A stretch of 63,954 nucleotides of DNA, the filler included, from Aduncisulcus paluster (taxonomy: Eukaryota), in assembly GCA_024181965.1 (NCBI GenBank). It is 6 parts of 6 records of this genome, joined end to end, with 100 filler letters (N's around TTAATTAATTAA, not from the genome) between each part and the next. Parts side by side here need not be neighbours in the genome. Positions count along the whole stretch, not along the records: positions 1 to 22,352 come from BQXS01011652.1; positions 22,453 to 37,000 come from BQXS01011654.1; 4 more parts are not named here. One strand, 5' to 3'. The notes beneath the pieces are model-generated. The model made no database searches. It was not told where the DNA came from and worked only from the letters and a program-made list of their open reading frames with translations. Below are positions 11,862-23,717 of this stretch, piece by piece. Numbering within the stretch: position 1 is the first letter of the stretch; each line of letters begins with the position of its first letter. A program made the position numbers and the translations under genes.

Positions 11862-12270
11862 GCTATTCCCCAATCTGTGTCACATCATCTTATTCTTGGA
11901 TGATGATTCTTGATTCATGATCTTTCCTTTGTTTTGCCGAATCTAAGCTTTTCCCTTCTCCTTGAATCATAAGAAGAGAACTGGTTCTTTTTATTCTTGA
12001 TTTCACCAATCTCCTATCTATGAGTAAAATTCCCCCCTTTTACCCCCATCCGTGGGGGTCCCCCCTGTACGGTGGTTGCACTGTACATTTCTTTTATATA
12101 TTTTTTTCCCAAAAACAAAAAAACAAACAAAAAAATACAAACTTTCCACCGGCGGTGGCTGAGAAAAGTGGGGGAACCTCTACCAAAAATGTTATCCTTT
12201 TTGGGCTTATTTATTGCCTTCTTACATTTAAAATGGTCTAATGATATTTGTTTTCTTCACTACCATTCGA

Positions 12271-12333
12271 ATAAAACGGATCTGACCGTTCATTCCACAC
12301 AATGACGTATTTGGTCGGTCAAATCCGTTTTAT
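12271..12333. repeat. 18-bp inverted repeat with 27-nt spacer
   Basis: ATAAAACGGATCTGACCG (12271-12288) pairs with CGGTCAAATCCGTTTTAT (12316-12333), one mismatch. Confidence 0.9.
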
Positions 12334-12475
12334 GTGAAAAATCGTTCTCAGCACCAATTTGTCCATACTTAAAAAAAGGGTTGATACTGTTTAGTTCACA
12401 GCTTCTTGTTGTTAAAGAAGACCTCGGATGTCATGGCCTGATGTCGAAAAAAGGTTCGAAATATAGCCGCTTTAT

Positions 12476-13157
12476 TTGAGAAAAGGATGGATCATGTTTC
12501 TCTTTGTGCCGCTTTTTGTTAGATTAGGAGAAGAAATGCAAACTAAAGTCACTCTTTCCATAGATAGTGGCGATGATCATGATGAGATATTAGATGAGAG
12601 TGAGATTGGGATGATGATGACGAGTCGCAGAAGAAAAATAGCAAGCAAAACCAAAACGTCAAGCAAAATCTGTAAAAGAATCGATGATATATGCTCAGTT
12701 AAGAGCGGACAAAGATTTTGGCCAGTTAGTTGGAGGCATATCCTCTGCGCCGAAGAAAAATTGATGCTTGAAGTTTAAGGAAAGCTGGCGAACATCCGCA
12801 GAAACATTCTTCGAAGTACTATTTTTTGGGTATTCTAAGCTTGTTCGCTCTGTAAAGCCTGGACTCATTGAGAGAGATCAAGTTCTCGATTCAATATCCG
12901 ATGCCAAAAGGAGAATCGGCGATAAGAAAAGATATTCTTCAAAAGAACTGATAAGAGAAATGAAAGACTTTCATTCTCGAGAAAGTGAAGAAGAGGAAGA
13001 AGAGGAAGAGGAAGAAGATGATGGATTCGAGCCTTCACACGAATCAACACCAACTCGAATTGTTGAGCACCTTGATAATAGTGTTATTGCACCACCAATA
13101 GCTCCGGAAACCGGATTTTCTATGCCTATCAGCAGCCAATTATTTTCAGTTACATAG
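12476..13157 (+). pseudogene. Frameshifted hypothetical ORF remnant inside the island
   Basis: Overlapping ORFs 12476..12778 and 12768..13157 with charged/acidic coding-like composition. Confidence 0.4.
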
Positions 13158-13761
13158 TTTACGCATTGAATAAGTACAGGAACAAAATCAAATCACCTTC
13201 ATCAACATCAATGCTTTTAGGAGCGCATACCATTACTTCATATAATAATTCATTGAGAGGAAAAGCTTTTATTGTGAGTTATATCTTTCATGAAAATACA
13301 GAATAACGCTTGTTCGCCAATGACAGAACAAGCAGTGACAGTCTTGTGATACTTGTAACTGGTCATGTTGCCTTACCATCTTCAATTTTGTCTACGGTCA
13401 TGATTGTCTGTCCATCATCTGTTAATACCCAAGTTCTTTTGATAACTGTTTCTCTTTTCATTCTTGTGAGAGCTTTCGCCTTTTTCATAAATATTAAGGA
13501 CTTGGCTGCGAGTGCATGCCTTGACTTGTGCCTTTTATTTTGATGTATCTATACGTTCTGAGGATCCCAGAATTGAGATGTTCTCCNNNNNNNNNNNNNN
13601 NNNNNNCAGTCTTGTGATACTTGTAACTGGTCATGTTGCCTTACCATCTTCAATTTTGTCTACGGTCATGATTGTCTGTCCATCATCTGTTAATACCCAA
13701 GTTCTTTTGATAACTGTTTCTCTTTTCATTCTTGTGAGAGCTTTCGCCTTTTTCATAAATA

Positions 13762-15342
13762 TTAAGGACTTGGCTGCGAGTGCATGCCTTGACTTGTGCC
13801 TTTTATTTTGATGTATCTATACGTTCTGAGGATCCCAGAATTGAGATGTTCTCCAGACCTAGCTTGGGAATCATAGTTCGTAAGAGGTTCATGTCTTTCC
13901 ACCCACTCTGGAAGGTGACATATGGAGTGGGGTTTTGTTTTTCGAACTGGGGAATCTGAGGTAACTTTGGCATGTACACATATGGGGATCATTTCTTGAC
14001 GCTGCAACTTCATATCACTAACCACATCAACCGCCTCCTCACGTGTCATGGCGCTATAGCCACGCTAAGACTGTGTCTTATGTATCGTCTTGTAATTGAA
14101 ATCCCTGCTAACAAATTAATCCACCGAAGGTGAAGGGGTCTAAAGCGGAGCCATCTTTCGCATCCTTCAATATCATCCAATATTTGCTGGGGATGTCACT
14201 TCCATCCACTCGCTGTGTTTGTGGAGCAAACAAATCCTTGTATTTTCTGGAAACACTTGAACCACTTAAAGTGTATAGGCATCCAGCGGCCACGGTCAAA
14301 AAGTCAACAAAATCATTCCCGTTTCGAAAATGATTACCAAGTTGGATCCGCACACCGAGTGCTCTCAGGCGGCTGTCTACCTCCCTGTCCTTCAGGTGAG
14401 GTGATTGTTTTCACCAGAGTTGTGATTGAAGAGATGATACCCAACTGAAACATATGAAGAGGATCACTCAGGAACAAGTGCCTCGGAACAAAGTCGTCAG
14501 ATTTTTTCTGTGGCGAGAAAAAGACCAGTCTGGAGGTGACTTCTTGGTGTCCTTTTGATCCCAAAGAGCATTTCAAATTTCTCAGCGTGGCACCAAAGAC
14601 AGCGATTGCGTTTACAACCTGTGTGAAGTCGCACCTTTGAGGATGATCGGCGACTACCGCTTGCAAACTCCCAAAGATGAAGGCTGGTCCTTCCACTGTG
14701 GGGATCTTGAATCCTCTTTGGAGCTTTCGTGATTCAATGAGGATGATTTCGGCGGCAAGGGTGCTGGCATTCTTATCCTCCTTTATCACATAACTCTCTC
14801 CAAGCCCCATTCATGGCCCTACAGGTTGTCATGATGTTCACTAATGACAATTTCATCGATAAAGCAGTGTTTCCACCCAGTGCTGTGGCAACCCCATCCA
14901 CAAAAAGAATAACTCGAACAAAAACCATTGGAGTGATATCCCTTATTCGGCACTCCCGGAAATTCTCAGCGAGAGAGGATGCTGAGAAAGGTCTTTGGGA
15001 TCCAACTCCCATCCAGATTGACATTGAAGCATGTTTTGTTGGCTGTGTCTCTTTGACGTGTATCTGAGAACGTTTTGGATGAATTAAAGGGGAAGAAAAA
15101 TCAGAGAGGGGACGATGAGAAATCCCAAAGTTCTGAAATAACTGAATGCCCGTGGCCGAGCAGATCTGGCAACGGTGAACCACATGACTGATTCTTAGGA
15201 TCCGTGAGCGTTCTGGAGAATAGGCAGTTATGAGGGAAAGGTATCCAATAATAGTTGGGTCACCAATTTTAAGCCCTCTCTGAAGCTCCACACGGTCGGA
15301 ATCGATTCCATATATGTTCTGTATAGAACAAATATTGAGCAC
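13762..15342 (-). pseudogene. Plavaka/CACTA-like DDE transposase remnant, copy C (C-terminal half)
   Basis: Motifs in order across frameshifts: ELQRGLKIG..IIGYLSLITAYSPE..RCQIC; FLSDPLHMFQLG; NGNDFVDFLTV; KPHSICHLPEWVERHEPLTNYDSQARSGEHLN (H..H motif and candidate catalytic E). Confidence 0.7.
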
Positions 15343-16460
15343 AGGAAGTTTGATAACGATTCCACAACCTTTGGATCGTGATTAATGGGACAAAGATATC
15401 TGGTCTCAATAAGAAGTGAAGGATATCGGTGGCGCTCGGTGATATTGCGAACATGCTAGGGATTTTCTGGCGCTAGCATCTCAGTACCAATTATTCCTTT
15501 GCCGAGGAACTCAGGCAGAAAGACAAGAACTGAGTCATGTATCCTCCAAGGCGGAGGACCTCCAGGTGCATGAGGTCATGTGGGAGGTGAAATTGGGAGG
15601 AGAAGAAAAAAGAAGGAGATGAGAGGATGTAGGTGTGATATGATGCACTATCTCTATGTGGCACATCTTCATTACATACAAAAAGTTGAGTGCCTCTTGC
15701 CTGGCAAATCTGGTAGCGATCCAGATACGGGTGAAGGCCCAGAATTTTGGTCATTTGGGGTGTATTTGCAGTGATAAGGGCCAGATACCCCAGGACTACC
15801 CGACCACTATTCTTCATTCCCTTTTGAAGAAGGATGAATTCTTCTAAGAGCTTCTCAAGAACCAGTGTTGTGAGCTCTGATGTATCTGGGACTGTGCTTT
15901 GCTCTCAAATCCACTTCATCTGAACTCTAGATTCCCGGGAATGTTGATAATTGACCCCTTTACAACCAAGACACTCTTCTTCGCGTTCCGAATAATGCTG
16001 ACACCATCCATGAATATTTGGAACCCAGGGAACCAAAGAATGTCCTTCCTGGAAAGCTCGATCTTGCATTTCCAGGAGAGGAGATTGGTTTCCAAATCCA
16101 AACCTTCCAAATCCTGCCATTGGCCATTAGAATCTTGTTGGCAGCATTGAGATCTTCCTTCAGGACAACATTATCCTCAGGAGAAATCTATCCCAATGTT
16201 GGGTCCAGATATTCATGTCTTTTTCCCAAGAAGACAGTTGGTTGGAATGTGGCGGCTATATAATTTTTTAGGGAAAACCAAAGGTAGTTCTCGCCAAGCT
16301 TCTCGGCCGACTCGATGACCCGTCTCTTCATCCTTTGAATTGAGTATTTTGACGGGCAGAATCTATCTGGATCTACTCCATCTTCTTTGAGAGATTTTCG
16401 GAGTTCATTAAGGCATTTGGGGGAAAATACTTGTCCATAGTGAGTACAAAGTATTTTCAT
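15269..16460 (-). pseudogene. Plavaka/CACTA-like DDE transposase remnant, copy B (N-terminal half)
   Basis: N-terminal helical segment (SPKCLNELRKSL..CPSKYSIQRMK); first-Asp motif QIFMDGVSIIRNAKKSVLVVKGSIINIP (GAT 16008-16006); VVLGYLALITANTPQ..RYQICQ; TDILH. Confidence 0.7.
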
Positions 16461-17031
16461 TTTGGTTAACGAACTCCTTTTTGTAGCTTTGAGTTTTTAA
16501 AATCCACCAAAATGCCTTAAACAATATCCTCTGTTTACAATTGTATAATAGGTGTTGAGTGAGATGTTGGGGTCGTTGTTGGCATTGAAACTTTTCGTTC
16601 TATTTAGATCGTTTTTGAAAAAAATCAAAAATAATTGTTATTTGTTCAAAAAGCGGAACCTTCGAAACTAAATTCAATGTCAGTGGGAATAGATATCATG
16701 GTCGTCTTTGAATAGGAGATATCTTGTCCGAGATGAGGCGTATCGATATGATTTTATATTACATGGCTAAGAAAAAGAATTCCAAGTATTTTTTTTTTGT
16801 ATCCTTTCGTACTTCAGCGACATGTACAGTCATTTCATCCTACCACCTCGACACGGTTCTGATGACATGATATTGGGATACCGCACGGCCTTGGAGAAAG
16901 GCTTCCTGGATATCCTTGTTTCCTCCTACACAGGAGCGAACATTATCGACAATTTCGATGTGGACATGGAAGAAAGAGAACTGACAGTCTTACTCCCGAG
17001 GATATCACAATTGTGTATAAGAACTTTACAA

Positions 17032-17955
17032 TCATTGTAATCCTATCATTCCTCGAATCATGATTGACCATGATTCAGACGAGCGAATGAAGTTTGATAG
17101 CGCTGCCATCGCTAAGGGGCTAGTCACTGGGCTATGACTATCTCTAATCATAACCCTTGCAACTTCTTTGGCAAAGGGTAGAATTGCCGCAAGTTCCAGC
17201 TCGCTACGAGTGATCCTCTGGTCAGGATCGAGGATAGAAGCGTTGTATAAAACGCAAACGGTTTCATCGAAGATATCAGGGCACCTTTGGAGATGAGTAA
17301 CAACGTTTGGAAGAGAAAACACGAATAATGCCCAGATACAGGGATCCTGTGATTTATAGTTGAAGGCATTCATAATTACCATCAAGCAATTTTCTCGAGT
17401 GGCTGGAGAAACATCCATAAGCAACACTGATGCTTGATAAATTACCCACTAAAAAATTCTTGAGGCCTCTGATATCCAAACAATGGTATGTTAACCAAGT
17501 TAACAACTCCATGCAGTACTCATGGTTCGCAGCTGACATCCCTTCCACTATAGAATTTCTCACCCGGCCCATCCGCTTTGCAAGTGCACTAACAGAACGT
17601 GACTCTGGCATTTGGCTACTACCAGAAGTGATATCTGCCATCCGCTGCCAGAGATCAGGCTTATTGAAATTCAAAGGGTCCATTAATGCCCATAGATCGG
17701 TACAGAACCGAGTTGCAGGACTGGAGGCATGACGGACAGGAGTAAATAGTGGACCAAAGGCCCAATTGGAATTTCAATTGGCCTTGAACTAGAAGGTCTC
17801 TTCGAATCTGTGCTTTCACGAGTACTTTTTCTTGAACTTGACCTTCTTTTCTTACTAGACCCAGACGATTTCTTCTTCCCATGCCCTGATTTCTTCCCAG
17901 ATCGTGGCACTGCAATCTGTCGTCTTGGGGGACTACCTCTCATCGGATGAGACAC
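17032..17955 (-). pseudogene. Frameshifted cargo gene: basic Ser/Lys/Arg-rich N-terminus plus helical, ARM-like C-terminus
   Basis: Abutting or overlapping ORFs 17683..17955, 17354..17683 and 17032..17427 read as one interrupted protein. Confidence 0.45.
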
Positions 17956-19808
17956 GTTATCTCGATAAAGAGGTGAAGGAAGATGGCCATTGGTACCAGA
18001 AAAGGGAACAGCGGCGTCATCACTTGGTTGGGTGACGGGAGGAGGTTTATATTGATGACCACACCAACGTGTAGCTTGTCGACATCATCAAGCATTTCCT
18101 TTAAGACAGCCATGGAAGGTTGTGAAGATTGCTCTTCTAACGCTGTACATTCGGCCCATGCGGCATCCTTAGAGCGGCATGAACTTGAGAAGTTACAAAG
18201 AGTGTATCTTACACTTAAGGCTGTGCCACCGCGACAATCAATTTGTACCCCATACATGTAAAGGATTAGTCCAACAAAGAAAATTGGGGTAATACATTTG
18301 ATAGAACACCAGGAAATGTAATCATCAGATGTCATACAAGGCTTGGTTTTGGAAAGCAGTAAACTCATCTATTATGGGTTTATCCAGACCATGGTTATCT
18401 CCGATATTACTACCACAATAATTTTTTAGTGCTAATCTATATTTCCGAAAGCAACATGGGTGACCGTCCTCTGATGATGTTGGGGGAAGCTCGGGTGGAG
18501 AGAAGTGGGTACATTCGTCCAAATGGCATTGTAAGAAATACTGGATTGAAGAGAGGGGAGTCATCCAATGGTAAGAAATTGTATCTCCAGACGAATTGAT
18601 ATACTAACATACACGGTGGAATTGAATGACTTCACGGTGAATAAGACATAATCCTTGTAGAGAGGGTAATTCAATCGGTACATAGAACAGTGGTGTTCAT
18701 GATGCCAAAATAATGGCATAGACATGAAAGGATCATTCTATGGTTGTGGAACCATTGTTTTACCATTGAAATGTGCCTGATATTATGGGCAAAAGACAAG
18801 AGCCCAATTATCTTCGCGTGAAGATATGCACAAGACTGAAGCATATCAATGATTTCGTCACAAGAAAACTCAGAGGCCCAAGTGTCAAGTTCTGTTTTTT
18901 TAAGATTCCTTTCGGTTCGACATCTCCTCTTCTTTTTCTTTCCTTCTATCTCTCTTTCTATGTCTCTTCCTCTCTTCCAAGACCAAGACCCTTTCCACTC
19001 AGATGCAGTTGAAAATGGTCAAAACGGCGACTGTCGCTTTGAAGTGGAAACAAAGCATATGGAAGCCGATCGAACAGGGTATTATAATCCTTAGCACAAA
19101 TCCCTCCTTAATTCCGATCATAGGCTTCATGGTGGCGAGGCTTAGTCCGATATTAGTCTAAAAGATCTTGTCATCCAAGAATTCACCTCATTTCTTTCAT
19201 CGGACATTAGACATTTGTATACTGTTTTAGTAAGGTAGTCTCCGACTCGTAGGTTTTCCATATGTAACATATCTGGAAACATATGGGCATATGGAGAAAA
19301 ATTGATTCGGCACGCATGGAGAAGAGATCCCCTATCCGCAATACACTTCGTCTTTTTCCACGTCGGCCAAGAAGTACCGTTTGAGTTTCCCCACTGATGG
19401 AGCCATAAGTGGCATCGCGTGTATCCCTGGGATGCGGTTCCAGCAAGCTTGGCTCTTTTGGGTATCAGCGATAATCAGGGCAAGATTTCCAAGGTGAATG
19501 TACTACATTGAATATAGCTGTTTTGGGCTCATTCCTCTCTCTTCCCTCATCGATTTCTCTGTTAGTCGGGCAGATTTTCTCCTCGCTCTCCGACGTCTCT
19601 TTGTCACATCGCCTTGGATAATTGCTTCCAGTTCTAAAATTCCTATCTCTTCTAGATTTGAAGTCTCGAGTTCCTTGAGTCGATCTACTAGAATTTTTAT
19701 CTAGTAGATAAAAAATCGGATCGAATTCACCCATTGATATTGGTGGAACATCTGTAAATCTGTTTGGTTTGATCCCTTCGGTTTCCTCGAGAAGCTTTTC
19801 AGCTTGGT

Positions 19809-21617
19809 CTATTTTTGGACCATTATTCCTATTTTCAATTTTTCGCCACTAATGGCCCATCGTGGAAGTGTATCTAAATTCAATGGCCACCCGTACTCAG
19901 CTACCATATCCACCAAATGAGCAGCCAATGCATGAAAACATAGGACAGAAGTAGGCAAAGATAATATCTTGAGAGAATAACAGAGATATGTCAGAGCTTC
20001 TCGATGTGTTCTGATAAGGCTCATGACATTTTCGACATTTTTCACCGTGCATCGTGGGAGCATACCTAAATAAGTGGCCTGCAGAAAAGCGATATTTCGG
20101 ATGATGATGAGTGGATCTTTGCTTCCGATTGTTCCCCTCCAATATCTTCTTTTACCATCCATCGCATCTATTGACCTGTTGATCAAGAAAGAAACAGTTC
20201 TTTCTTTCACAGAATCTGATACCGAATCAACTGTATGCAGTGCAAAAGGTAAGAGCGAGAGAGCCTTCTTTATAGCAGTGGCACTATGAGCGCTAGAGGT
20301 TAGAAATTCCTCGGAAAGTATCGCATCTACTTTTTTTTGGTTTTTGCCTGTGAGACTCTGGAGGAGAAGTTCTCTCGTATACGTTCCACACAGCCTAAGA
20401 AGTTCCATATGGAGCATATCTCCATGTGCTGATATGGTGAGAAATCAATGGAACTATTATGGAGGAGTGATAGTCTTGGAGCTGTTGGGGATTGTCTCTT
20501 CTCTCCTTGGCGATCAGCTAAGTGTAGTGATATTCCTGTACACGTACAGATATGGCACGGGCAATGTCCACCAACTGGAGTTCCAGCAAATTTGGCTCGC
20601 TGTGGAGAATCAGCAATAATAACAAGCAAATTTCCAATTACAATTTCATCTGAAGTGTACCAACCTCTTTCGAGCTCTCGAATATCCTCTTCTATTATCA
20701 TAGCAGCTGTACCATGGGGATCTAATATTCTCACTACATCAATCATTCCTATTTCAAGCAAATTTTCGTTAACACTCTCATTTTCAAAGGAAGATTTCCA
20801 AACGGTGCCTTCAGGGCCAAATGTCTCACTTTGCCACTCACACTCACTCCATCTGCATAATACATCACCAAAACAAACCTCCACTCTTTCCTCCACATCT
20901 TATTTTTCACCCATTCATTTTCACTCTTCTTCACTTTTCCTTCTCTATCAACTTCTTTCCCAATATCTTTTATGATAATCTCACATTCTCTCCCTGATTT
21001 TTCGATTTCTCCATCTGTACCTATTCATCTTTCCAATTCTTCTCTTAAAGCACCTACTCTTTCACAGTCAATCTCAAGTTCTCTACATACACGATCAAAC
21101 GCGTTCATTATCTTTTTCCATCTCTTCACTCTCAATTCTCTTGCCCTCCTTCCCCTCAACAATTTCTCCTCCATCGGTTCCAGGCCACGACCACAAATTA
21201 TACCATCTTTTCTTCAAGTCTATCTTCGTCTGAAGTTGTTCGCATACCGGAATCCGGTTAGACTGCTAGTACTTCTTTCCCACGGGAAGTGTTTTGTCCA
21301 GTAGAATACTATAACGCCCTTTCATTGCTGTTTGTCGAGTATTCTCTAGTGCCATTAATACAATCTGGTGGCTACAGTCATATTGTAGTCTTTGATATCT
21401 TTGTGCACTCTCCAACGTCAATGATCACCTCTTGAAGTTCTTTGTCGATTATTCTGCACAGTGTAAACGCGGATACTCCATACGATAATGATTTATCCGC
21501 TATTACATCTCTTAGGTGACGTCTTTTCTTAATTGATACTTCTTTTGGCGTTTGTCGTTTCGTTTGTGAAGATGTAACAAAAACATCGGACACAGACCAC
21601 CTTCGGGGCGTCGACAC
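19809..21617 (-). pseudogene. Plavaka/CACTA-like DDE transposase remnant, copy A
   Basis: VLVMYYADGVSVSGKVRHLALKAPFGNLPLKMR (D1); EDIRELERG..IGNLLVIIADSPQRAKFAG..HCPCHIC (D2 and CxxC); DMLHMELL; CFHALAAHLVDMVAEYGWPL. Separated by frameshifts; 5' limit approximate. Confidence 0.75.
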
Positions 21618-21818
21618 ATGCCTCTAAAACTCCTAGTCTCTCCATCTTCGTTTTTGCCTCTTCCACAATTCTTTTTGTTCTTCTTGTTTCTAATGGCTTC
21701 CGTTTTGCTCTCGATGACAACAGGATCGGCACACCCCCTCTTAAAGCCTCCAGAGTCGTGTGGGTATGCTCTAGAGGGTTCTTCATCACCTAATTCAAGA
21801 ACTTTTTCAGTTGTTTTA

Positions 21819-21910
21819 TTGGTAATAATTTTGGTAATACCGTGGTAATAATTTTGGTAATACCATGGTAATACCATTATTTGGAATGGTAATACCAATA
21901 TAATACCATA
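21819..21910. repeat. Cluster of TGGTAATA / TGGTAATACCA (palindromic) motifs
   Basis: About six TGGTAATA copies in ~90 nt, some extended to the near-palindrome TGGTA-A-TACCA. Confidence 0.85.
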
Positions 21911-22352
21911 TAAAGATTCGGAAATATTTTACTGGGATTATACATTTTAAATATCTAAAGAAACAAAAACAAACTAAAGAAACCAAAAGAAGAAAATTTT
22001 AACAAATAAAACAAATAAAAAGAGGAAAACAAGAAGAAAACACAAACAGAAGAAGAACAAAAGAATTCAATAACAATTCATAAAAAATATTAATTAATAT
22101 TAATATATATAAATAAAAACAATAAAATAAGTAAATAATCAAACAAACAACAGCAAAAAACAAAAAAACAAAACATACCTTAAAACCAACCAAAATAAAA
22201 CGAAAAACAAAGTTACAAAGCGGTCTGAGGAACCTACCAGATGGGTTCTCAGGCCCACTGGATTTTTATAACTTGCTATAGATCGCAAAAGTGCAAAAGG
22301 TATGTTCCATCCCCATAATGCACAAATATGCACATGGCGCCAAATTTAGAAT

Positions 22353-22452
22353 NNNNNNNNNNNNNNNNNNNNNNNNNNNNNNNNNNNNNNNNNNNNTTAA
22401 TTAATTAANNNNNNNNNNNNNNNNNNNNNNNNNNNNNNNNNNNNNNNNNNNN
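22353..22452. other. Artificial contig linker
   Basis: N-run, TTAATTAATTAA (stops in all frames), N-run. Same linker at 37001-37100, 57512-57611, 59666-59765 and 62034-62133. Confidence 0.98.
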
Positions 22453-22677
22453 CTTTCACTTTTTCTTCCTTTCTTTTGATCACCGTTTGGATTGATATCA
22501 ACTTTATGAATCTTTAGTAATTTATTGGCGCTCGGAAATGTTATACCCTGAGAAGTCACGTAACTCTAGCACCCGAAATAGTAGAAAAAAGTGGATTCAT
22601 CGACATGCTGGATTTGCTTATGGTTTCTGCCAGCGGAGCCGATAACCATTGTTTTGAAAGTGCCTTGTTGATAGCAC

Positions 22678-23073
22678 TTGGTGAAATCAACGTTGAAGAA
22701 ATGGAATCAGCTGACAGTCGAACTAAGACCACAGAATTATACAATCCAGGATTCTCTCGTTGTGTATTGTAAAGCCACGTACAAAGACTACATTCAACCT
22801 CAATTCGGATTCAGTGACGAGAAATTTATTTATGCAGCATGCCATGTGAAGAAAGCATACCTATCCGTCTTTGGAACACCTCTATCGAGCCCTGGAAACT
22901 ACGAGTACAAGTTTTATCACATTAATCATTATAAACGATGCATCACGCTTCCATTTAGGGACAACCATAAAACATTAAACGGTCAATTTCGGCGATTTAA
23001 TAAAAATGGAATAACATCAATTATTCAACCAATTACAAAGGAAATGAAACTCTACATGTTTATACCACAATAA
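22678..23073 (+). CDS. Hypothetical ORF near contig start (possibly a fragment)
   Basis: 131-aa ORF with non-ATG start in the track, followed by AT-rich sequence; no family recognised. Confidence 0.35.
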   Translation: MVKSTLKKWNQLTVELRPQNYTIQDSLVVYCKATYKDYIQPQFGFSDEKFIYAACHVKKAYLSVFGTPLSSPGNYEYKFYHINHYKRCITLPFRDNHKTLNGQFRRFNKNGITSIIQPITKEMKLYMFIPQ

Positions 23074-23717
23074 AATTCATTTTATTATTTCTGTTTAAGC
23101 CAAAAACATCCAAAAAAAAAATTAAAATCGAAAAACGAAAAAAAAAAACGACCAAATGACCGCACTTGACGGATTGAACTTGCAATGTTTGCTTAATACA
23201 AATTGAAGATAATATTGGACAATCAAACGATATTTATTTATTGTTATTTATATTAAAAGTATATATTCAGTGCTAATGTTTGAATTACATGCATGACACA
23301 ATCTCATCATATCTCACTGATTTGGTCACATAGTGAAATTTTGAGTTGTTTCTATCATGTAAAGCTGCATTCATAATCTGAGAATCCATCGACTTCTCTA
23401 TTAATATCCAAGGTTTCGATCGGGTTTGGTTTGAAGTTGTATTTCCATTCTAGTGCTGTTGTTATGTCATTCTTTGCTTTCTTCTTCGCAGAAAATTGGT
23501 TAAATCTCTTGTTTGGTCCTTTTTGTCACTTTAATTTATCAGTTAATATCAAATGATAAATTTCCCAAGAGATGAACGGCGGTAGTTCTACAATTCAACT
23601 AAACCTACAACAAATAACACATCAAAAGAGATGAACCCGAAGTTTGGACCATGTCTTTTCTAAAAAACTGACTTTATTGACAAAAAAAAACGGAGACAAA
23701 ATTCTGTTAAAAGTTTC

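Larger units (their letters stand above)
12020..22352. mobile_element. Decayed DNA-transposon island (Plavaka/CACTA, CMC-like) with cargo ORF remnants; boundaries approximate and right end cut by contig end
   Basis: No intact long ORF over 10 kb. Three sets of DDE transposase motifs, an inverted repeat near the left end and a palindromic repeat cluster near the right end. Confidence 0.65.

Noticed and set aside
11150..11990. Short minus-strand ORF fragments left of the island
   Set aside because: Many stops and no recognisable motif; cannot support a call.
13339..13854. ~250-nt direct repeat around a 20-N gap
   Set aside because: Identical copies abutting a fixed-size gap are an unmerged scaffold overlap.
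21819..21910. Possible CRISPR-like array
   Set aside because: Repeats are 8-11 nt with no regular unique spacers, there are no cas genes, and the context is eukaryotic.
12020..22352. Terminal inverted repeats and target-site duplication for the island
   Set aside because: No matching pair found by eye; the right end is cut by the contig boundary.
23150..23205. tRNA-like GTTCAATCC motif followed by a T run on the minus strand
   Set aside because: T-stem and acceptor stem do not pair and no cloverleaf can be built.
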